From Sphingomicrobium sp. (lineage in GTDB: Bacteria > Pseudomonadota > Alphaproteobacteria > Sphingomonadales > Sphingomonadaceae): a stretch of DNA of 64,000 nucleotides. This document shows positions 57,887-64,000 of this stretch, in pieces. The notes beneath the pieces are model-generated. The model was not told the origin of the DNA, ran no database searches, and worked only from the letters and a program-made list of their open reading frames with translations. Every line of letters begins with the position of its first letter. Within the stretch, counting starts at the first letter, position 1. A program made the translations under genes and the position numbers. The stretch covers positions 42,229 to 106,228 of the forward strand of contig DATAPR010000055.1 in NCBI GenBank assembly GCA_036265105.1, given 5' to 3'.

Positions 57887-58218
57887 CGATGCCCAAACTT
57901 CGCTCGATCCGCGCTGTTGCTTTTCGGACCGGCCTTTTCCTCGCCGCGTCGATTTTCGCCGCGAATGCACATGCGGCCGGCTCCGGAATGCCGTGGGAGG
58001 AACCGCTCGAGAAAGTACTCGAATCGGTTCAGGGGCCGGTCGCCAAGATTGTTGCGGTCATCATTATCATCACCACCGGATTGACCCTTGCCTTCGGCGA
58101 GACGGCCGGAGGGTTTCGCCGGCTGATCCAGATCATCTTCGGGCTGTCGATCGCCTTTGCGGCCTCCTCCTTCTTCCTCTCATTTTTCAGCTTCGGCGGC
58201 GGAGCAATGATCTCGTGA
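57883..58218 (+). CDS. trbC: TrbC/VirB2 pilin
   Basis: 'AGSGMPWEEPL...SVQGPVAK', 'GLTLAFG', 'GLSIAFAASSFFLSFF'. Confidence 0.93.
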   Translation: MTMPKLRSIRAVAFRTGLFLAASIFAANAHAAGSGMPWEEPLEKVLESVQGPVAKIVAVIIIITTGLTLAFGETAGGFRRLIQIIFGLSIAFAASSFFLSFFSFGGGAMIS

Positions 58219-58487
58219 GCGACGGGTATCTGCATCCCGAAGGCTTCGAGGTGCCCGTCCACCGGGCCCTGGTCGAGCCAATGCTCCTGGGCGGAGCGCC
58301 TCGCTCAATCGCAATCCTCAACGGAACTGTCTCGGCGGCTCTCGGTCTCGGGCTCCAGCAGTGGATTGCCGGCCTGCTGCTTTGGGCCCTCGGCCACTCA
58401 TTCGCGGTGTTTGCCGCCAAGCGCGATCCGGATTTCGCGGCGGTGATGCTCCGGCACCTCAGGCAACGGGGATATTTCGAATGCTGA
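58215..58487 (+). CDS. trbD: TrbD/VirB3
   Basis: GTG overlaps the trbC stop; 'GFEVPVHRALVEPMLLGGAPR...KRDPDF'. Confidence 0.9.
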   Translation: MSDGYLHPEGFEVPVHRALVEPMLLGGAPRSIAILNGTVSAALGLGLQQWIAGLLLWALGHSFAVFAAKRDPDFAAVMLRHLRQRGYFEC

Positions 58488-60919
58488 ACCTTCGCGAATA
58501 TCGTCGGCATGCCGACAGGCTCGCGGATCATCTGCCATGGGCGGCTCTCGTCGCGCCTGGCGTGGTTCTCAACAAGGACGCTAGCTTCCAGCGGACCTGC
58601 AGGTTCCGCGGACCCGATCTCGAAAGCGCGACGGACGCCGAACTGCTCGCCGTGACGGCGAGGGTCAACAACATGCTGAAGCGGTTCGGTTCAGGCTGGA
58701 CGCTGTTCTTCGAGGCCGAGCGAACGCTGGCGTTGGGTTATCCCGCCAGCCATTTTCCGGACCCTGCGTCCTGGCTGGTCGACAAGGAGCGCCAGGCAAG
58801 CTTCGACGGAGGGCGCGACCATTATGAGAGCCGCTATCACCTGACTTTGGTGTGGCTTCCGCCACCAGACAGCGAGACGCGTGCGGAACATGCGCTGGTC
58901 GACGGCTCGAAGCGACAGGGCCACGACTGGCACGAGGCCCTCGCGCGCTTCACCGCGGAAACCGATCGAGCTCTGGACCTTCTCACCGAGCTGATGCCGG
59001 AGGTCCACGTCCTCGGCGACCAGGAAACGCTGACCTTTCTGCACGGCTGCGCCTCTGCGCACTCGCAGAAGGTCGCAGTCCCCGAAACGCCGATGTACCT
59101 GGATGCCTTCATCGCCGACGCGGACCTGACCGGCGGCCTCGAGCCGATGCTCGGCCAGCTTCATTTGCGAACGCTGACGGTACTCGGATTTCCCGCGCTG
59201 AGTCGCCCTGGCATTCTCGATGCGCTTAACCACCAGGATTTTGAATATAGGTGGGTGAGCCGCTTTATCGCGCTCGACCGAACAGATGCGACGCGGGCCC
59301 TGACGAGGCTTCGCCGCCAATGGTTCAACAAGCGAAAGTCGGTAACCGCGCTTCTGCGCGAGGTGATGTACAACCAGCCGGTCCAGCTCACGGACAGTGA
59401 TGCCGACAACAAGGCCGCGGATGCCGACCTTGCTCTTCAGGAGCTCGGCGGGGACGATGTCGCTTTCGGATATCTGACGACGACCATCACCGTTGCTGCC
59501 GCCGATCCGACTGCCGCGGACGAAAAGGTCCGCAGCGTCGAGCGCATCGTGAACGGCCTCGGATTCACGGCAAAGCGTGAACATCTGAACGCCGTCGAGG
59601 CGTGGCTGTCGAGCCTTCCCGGCCAGCTCTACGCCAATGTTCGCCAGCCTCTCGTTCATACCCTCAATCTTGCCCATCTCATGCCGTTGTCGTCGGTCTG
59701 GGCTGGGCCCGCGAACAATGCGCATCTGGGGGGACCGCCGCTCCTGTTCGCGGAGACCGGCGGATCGACGCCGTTCCGTCTTTCGACCCATGTCGGCGAT
59801 GTCGGGCACATGCTGATCGTCGGTCCGACCGGCGCCGGCAAATCGGTCTTGCTGGCACTTCTTGCACTGCAGTTCCGGCGCTATCCCGGTTCTCGCGTTT
59901 TCATCTTCGACAAGGGCTGGTCCGCGCGCGCCGCAGTGCTCGCAATGGGCGGAACGCATCACGAGCTCGGCGCTGCCGGGACCGAAGGTGCACTCGCCTT
60001 TCAGCCGCTGCGCAGGATTGATGAGCCAAGCGAGCTCAGCTGGGCAGCCGAGTGGGTCGCGGGGCTTTTCGAGCATGAAAAGGTCCCGGTCACCCCCGAG
60101 ATCAAGGATTCGCTCTGGTCAGCGCTTCTCAGTCTCGCGACGGCGCCCGCTTCCCAGCGGACCCTTACGGGTCTTTCGCTGCTCCTTCAGTCGAACCGGC
60201 TCAAATCCGCGCTTCAGCCCTACACTCTGGAAGGACCCTTCGGCGCTCTCCTCGATGCCTCCGACGACCGGCTCGCGCTCGCCGATGTTCACTGCTTCGA
60301 AACCGAGACGTTGATGGGCCAACCGGGAGCCGCGCGGCCTGTGCTCGCCTACCTTTTCCACCGCCTCGAACAGCGATTCGATGGAAGCCCGACCCTCCTG
60401 ATCCTCGACGAGGCGTGGCTGTTCCTCGACAATCCTCTCTTCGCCGCGCGCATCCGCGAATGGCTGAAGGTGCTTCGAAAGAAGAATGTGGCGGTCGTTT
60501 TCGCGACCCAGTCGCTCGCCGACATTTCGGGAAGCACCATCGCTCCGGCAATCATCGAGAGCTGTCCGCAACGCATCTTTCTGCCCAATGACCGAGCGAT
60601 CGAGCCACAAGCACGCGAAGCTTATGAGCGGTTCGGGCTCAACGGCCGGCAGATCGACCTCATCGCAAGGGCCACGCCCAAGCGCGACTATTACCTTCAA
60701 TCACGGCGCGGCAATCGCTTGTTCGATCTCGCTCTGGGCGACGTTTCGCTTGCCCTGTGTGGCGCGTCCGATCCGTCCTCACAGCGTCTCATCGATCGTC
60801 TCCTCGACGAGGGCGATGACACGTTCCTCGCCCGCTTCCTGGGGGCTCGCGGCCTCGATTGGACCGCGGCTCTTATCGACCAATTCCCATCCTCGATCGG
60901 CGAAGGAGAAGTCCAATGA
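58481..60919 (+). CDS. trbE: TrbE/VirB4 ATPase
   Basis: 'MLNLREY', 'LPWAALV', Walker A 'GPTGAGKS', 'LDEAW', 'FATQSLAD'. Confidence 0.95.
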   Translation: MLNLREYRRHADRLADHLPWAALVAPGVVLNKDASFQRTCRFRGPDLESATDAELLAVTARVNNMLKRFGSGWTLFFEAERTLALGYPASHFPDPASWLVDKERQASFDGGRDHYESRYHLTLVWLPPPDSETRAEHALVDGSKRQGHDWHEALARFTAETDRALDLLTELMPEVHVLGDQETLTFLHGCASAHSQKVAVPETPMYLDAFIADADLTGGLEPMLGQLHLRTLTVLGFPALSRPGILDALNHQDFEYRWVSRFIALDRTDATRALTRLRRQWFNKRKSVTALLREVMYNQPVQLTDSDADNKAADADLALQELGGDDVAFGYLTTTITVAAADPTAADEKVRSVERIVNGLGFTAKREHLNAVEAWLSSLPGQLYANVRQPLVHTLNLAHLMPLSSVWAGPANNAHLGGPPLLFAETGGSTPFRLSTHVGDVGHMLIVGPTGAGKSVLLALLALQFRRYPGSRVFIFDKGWSARAAVLAMGGTHHELGAAGTEGALAFQPLRRIDEPSELSWAAEWVAGLFEHEKVPVTPEIKDSLWSALLSLATAPASQRTLTGLSLLLQSNRLKSALQPYTLEGPFGALLDASDDRLALADVHCFETETLMGQPGAARPVLAYLFHRLEQRFDGSPTLLILDEAWLFLDNPLFAARIREWLKVLRKKNVAVVFATQSLADISGSTIAPAIIESCPQRIFLPNDRAIEPQAREAYERFGLNGRQIDLIARATPKRDYYLQSRRGNRLFDLALGDVSLALCGASDPSSQRLIDRLLDEGDDTFLARFLGARGLDWTAALIDQFPSSIGEGEVQ

Positions 60920-61641
60920 AGGCATTTTATACTGCGCTGCGTATCGCCTCGCTGACGTCGACCCTTGGTCTTTCGGCGGCACTTCCGACTGTACCGGTCA
61001 ATGCCACAGAAATGCCGGTCTTCGATGCGGCAAACTATTCACAGAACCTTATCGAGGCAGCTCGAGCTCTCGAACAAATCAACAATCAGGTGACGTCGCT
61101 CCGAAACGAAGCCGGGATGCTTCAGAATATGGCGACCAATCTCCAGAAGATCGATTTTCCCCAGCTTCAACAGCTCACCTCCTCGATGCAGCAGATCAAC
61201 CAGCTCATCACCAGAGCGCAGGGGATCGACTTCACCGTCCAGGGCCTCGACCAAAGGGTCCAGCAGCTGTTCCCGGGCGCGCTCCAGCAGGCCCTCACGA
61301 GTGATCAGCAGGTCACGAACGCTCGCGCCCGGCTCGACGCAGCGCGCTCCGCATATCTTCAGTCAATTCAGATGCAGGCCCAAGTGGCCGAGAACGTCCA
61401 AGCCGATGCCGGAGCGCTCGCTGACCTTGCCAAAAGCAGCCAGGGAAGCGTCGGAGCGCTCCAGGTCGGCCAGGCATCAAACCAGCTGCTTGCACTCAGC
61501 ATCAAGCAGCAGCTGCAGATCCAGAATCTGATGGCGACCGAATTTCGCGAGACCGCGATCGAACGTGCCCGACATGCGCAGGCTGAAGAGGACGGACGCG
61601 CAACCACCCGGCGGTTCCTCGAGGGGCCGACTTCCAACTGA
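60916..61641 (+). CDS. trbJ: TrbJ/VirB5
   Basis: Signal peptide; 'VFDAANYSQN...ARALEQINNQ', 'GALQVGQASNQLLAL'. Confidence 0.9.
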   Translation: MKAFYTALRIASLTSTLGLSAALPTVPVNATEMPVFDAANYSQNLIEAARALEQINNQVTSLRNEAGMLQNMATNLQKIDFPQLQQLTSSMQQINQLITRAQGIDFTVQGLDQRVQQLFPGALQQALTSDQQVTNARARLDAARSAYLQSIQMQAQVAENVQADAGALADLAKSSQGSVGALQVGQASNQLLALSIKQQLQIQNLMATEFRETAIERARHAQAEEDGRATTRRFLEGPTSN

Positions 61642-61683
61642 GCTCATGGGCGAGGGCGGCATAGCGCCCGCCGTCCACAGCCC

Positions 61684-61722
61684 GCCGCGGGGCCTCGACT
61701 CCCCCTTCGGAGGCCCCGCGGC
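61684..61722 (+). other. Perfect 13-bp GC-rich hairpin between trbJ and trbL
   Basis: GCCGCGGGGCCTC (61684-61696) / GAGGCCCCGCGGC (61710-61722). Confidence 0.75.
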
Positions 61723-61749
61723 ACCCCAAGGATCTTGAAATGCATCTCA

Positions 61750-63048
61750 ATGAATGATCTCAACATCATCGACCGCTTCATGGCGGCTTTCATCCAGTAC
61801 ATCGACAGCGGCTTCGGGCTGCTGCGCGGCGACGTCGCCTTCCTGACCACAACGCTCGTCGGGATCGACATCACGCTGGCCGGACTGTTCTGGGCGCTCG
61901 GCGGCGAGAATGACGTCATCGGCCGCTTCCTCAAGAAGATCCTCTACGTCGGTGCGTTCGCGCTGATCATCGGCAGCTTCTCGACGCTGGCGGACATCAT
62001 CTTCCGTTCCTTCGCCGGGCTCGGGATTACCGCTGGGGGAGGGCGGATTTCAGCCGACGATCTGCTTCGGCCAGGATTCATCGCCCAAGCCGGTTTCGAC
62101 GCCGCCAAGCCGCTGCTCGAGCAGGTCAGCCAGCTGACGGGTGTCACCGGGTTCTTCGAGAATTTCCTCACGATCGCGGTTCTGATGATCGCGTGGCTGT
62201 TCGTGATCATCGCCTTCTTCGTGCTCTCGATTCAGCTCTTCATCACCATCATCGAATTCAAGCTGACGAGCCTTGCGGGTTTCGTGCTCGTCCCCTTCGC
62301 CCTCTGGAACCGGACCAGCTTCCTTGCCGAGCGGGTACTCGGCAACGTCGTCTCTTCGGGGATCAAGGTGATGGTGCTCGCCGTGATCGTCGGCATCGGC
62401 TCGGGCTTTTTCAGTGAATTCAGGGCTGCAAGCACTCCTGGTGGTCAGCCCGATCTCACGCAGGCCATGAGCCTCGTGCTGGCAAGCCTCGCTCTTTTCG
62501 GCCTCGGGATCTTCGGTCCCGGTATCGCTTCAGGTCTCATCGCCGGAGCGCCGCAGCTCGGCGCCGGAGCTGCCATCGGAACAGCGGCAGCGGCGGTCGG
62601 TACCGCGGTCGTCGGCGGCGCTGCCGCTGCAAGCGGAGCGCGTGCCATCGGCGGTGCAGCGCTCGGTGCAGTTCGCGCCGGAACGACCTTAGGTTCGGCT
62701 GCCTCCACCGCTTACCGGCTCGGTCAGGAGACATCGGCAGAGGCAAGCCTTGGCGCGGGACTGAGCGGTGTCGCAAGCGCCGGCATGAGCGCGGCCCGAA
62801 CCAAGCTTGGGAACCTTGGCGGCATCGGCGCCGCCGCCGAGCGGGGACAGCAGGGGGCGCTCCTTGCAGGGTCCGCCCCTTCAGGTGAGGCGAAAGAGGC
62901 TCCCCCCGCAGCGGTCCCGGACTGGGCTCGGCGCCTTCGCTCGGAACAGGCCGTTCGCCATCACCGCCATGTCGCCCTGCAGGCGATCCGCGACGGCGAC
63001 CGCGCGGGCGTCGGAGCGCATCCCGACATCAAGGAAAGGGAGGAGTAG
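61750..63048 (+). CDS. trbL: TrbL/VirB6
   Basis: 'IIDRF...YIDSGFGLL', 'IEFKLTSLAGFVLVPF', Gly/Ala-rich tail. Confidence 0.93.
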   Translation: MNDLNIIDRFMAAFIQYIDSGFGLLRGDVAFLTTTLVGIDITLAGLFWALGGENDVIGRFLKKILYVGAFALIIGSFSTLADIIFRSFAGLGITAGGGRISADDLLRPGFIAQAGFDAAKPLLEQVSQLTGVTGFFENFLTIAVLMIAWLFVIIAFFVLSIQLFITIIEFKLTSLAGFVLVPFALWNRTSFLAERVLGNVVSSGIKVMVLAVIVGIGSGFFSEFRAASTPGGQPDLTQAMSLVLASLALFGLGIFGPGIASGLIAGAPQLGAGAAIGTAAAAVGTAVVGGAAAASGARAIGGAALGAVRAGTTLGSAASTAYRLGQETSAEASLGAGLSGVASAGMSAARTKLGNLGGIGAAAERGQQGALLAGSAPSGEAKEAPPAAVPDWARRLRSEQAVRHHRHVALQAIRDGDRAGVGAHPDIKEREE

Positions 63049-63858
63049 ATGAAGTTCAGGCGTGCAGTGCAGCGCTATGGGCGCACCCCCGAACCGCAAA
63101 CGCCGTACCAGCGCGCGGCGCAGGTCTGGGACGAGCGTCTGGGCTCGGCCCGAGTTCAGGCCCGCAACTGGAGGCTCATGGCCTTTGGCGGCCTGGTTCT
63201 CTCGGCCGCGCTTTCGGGCTGCCTCTTTTGGCAGTCGATGCAAAGCCGGGTGGTTCCCTACGTCGTTGCCGTCGACCATCTGGGCGAGGCGCGCGCTGTC
63301 GCTCCCGCTGACCGCGATTATCAGCCGACCGATCCGCAGATCGCCTGGTTCCTCGCAAGGTTCATCACCGACGTTCGATCGGTTTCGCTCGATCCCGTAC
63401 TGATGCGCCAGGATTGGCTTTCCGCGTACGACTTTGCGAGCGCGCGCGGAGCACGGTTTCTGAGCGCCTACGCCCGTGACGCAAACCCCTTCGGGGAGAT
63501 CGGGACGCGCACCGTATCGGTGCAGCTGACGAGCGTCGTAAGGGCTTCAGATCGCTCATTCGAACTCAAATGGACCGAGAGCGAATTCGAGCGAGGCTCT
63601 CCTGCCGGGACTTCGCACTGGACCGGTATCCTCTCAATTGTTCGAAAGCCGCCTTCGTCCGCAGATGCGCTTCGGAGAAACCCGCTTGGCCTCTATGTCG
63701 ACGGGATCGACTGGAGCCAGGAAATCGAGACTGCGGAGCCGAAATCCACGGTCAGCCCGGTGCCGACCGCTTCAGCCAATCCGATGCTCGGTTCCCCGCT
63801 CAACCCAGCCTTTCCGCAAGTGGCGCAGCCTAGCCCCTCAACCAGGAGCATCCCATGA
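63049..63858 (+). CDS. trbF: TrbF/VirB8
   Basis: 'TPYQRAAQVWDERLGSARVQARNWR', 'NPLGLYV'. Confidence 0.93.
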   Translation: MKFRRAVQRYGRTPEPQTPYQRAAQVWDERLGSARVQARNWRLMAFGGLVLSAALSGCLFWQSMQSRVVPYVVAVDHLGEARAVAPADRDYQPTDPQIAWFLARFITDVRSVSLDPVLMRQDWLSAYDFASARGARFLSAYARDANPFGEIGTRTVSVQLTSVVRASDRSFELKWTESEFERGSPAGTSHWTGILSIVRKPPSSADALRRNPLGLYVDGIDWSQEIETAEPKSTVSPVPTASANPMLGSPLNPAFPQVAQPSPSTRSIP

Positions 63859-64000
63859 ACCGCTCAGTCATCCTCGCCTCGTTGATCGGCCTTTGCAGCT
63901 CAGCCAGCGAAGCAACATCCTCGCCCCTGGCCGCAGGACTTCTCGCCCCAAGCCCCCCTTCGGCAGCGGCGGGACGCGCGGCAATGGTCGCAGCGCCCGT
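63855..64000 (+). CDS. trbG: 5' part of probable TrbG/VirB9 (runs off the window)
   Basis: ATGA overlap with the trbF stop; signal-peptide-like MNRSVILASLIGLCS; identity inferred from gene order. Confidence 0.55.
   Translation, partial: MNRSVILASLIGLCSSASEATSSPLAAGLLAPSPPSAAAGRAAMVAAP

Larger units (their letters stand above)
53226..64000 (+). mobile_element. Tn4371-like conjugative transfer module (ICE or ICE-derived), continuing beyond the window
   Basis: Gene order relaxase-traG-copG-trbB-C-D-E-J-L-F-G; no integrase or att site visible. Confidence 0.75.

Noticed and set aside
1-64000. tRNA, rRNA, integrase, transposase, att sites, toxin-antitoxin or defence genes
   Set aside because: None recognised by eye; short or divergent ones cannot be excluded without tRNAscan-SE and HMM searches.

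Overview
GC-rich alphaproteobacterial DNA, most consistent with a sphingomonad (Tad gene order, UrcA and DUF2569 families, EcfG-type promoters). It is organised as a cell-surface/colonisation region. (1) 1-10 kb: accessory genes, including a TPR regulator fragment, a UrcA-family protein, an orphan GT-C-like membrane protein, an MBL hydrolase and a ScyD/ScyE propeller. A compact general-stress cluster here holds DUF6582, a lipocalin, CsbD, two unannotated micro-ORFs and a candidate ~90-nt sRNA with an EcfG-type promoter. (2) 10.5-22.7 kb: a lipid-carrier-dependent glycosylation cluster (two GT2, GtrA, GT4, GT-C-like, GT87, two SAM methyltransferases, two Aur1/PAP2-like enzymes, M23 peptidase, DUF2569). 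(3) 23.1-36.6 kb: a complete Tad/Cpa pilus operon with two Flp pilins. (4) 37.2-53.0 kb: a 2965-aa LapA-like adhesin with nine 561-bp repeats, its type I secretion system (with a cell-wall hydrolase gene inside the operon) and a LapG-like protease. (5) 53.2-64 kb: a Tn4371-like conjugative module (C-terminally truncated relaxase, TraG, TrbBCDEJLF, start of TrbG). No rRNA, tRNA, CRISPR array, integrase or transposase was seen. All family calls come from motifs recognised by eye; no database search was run.
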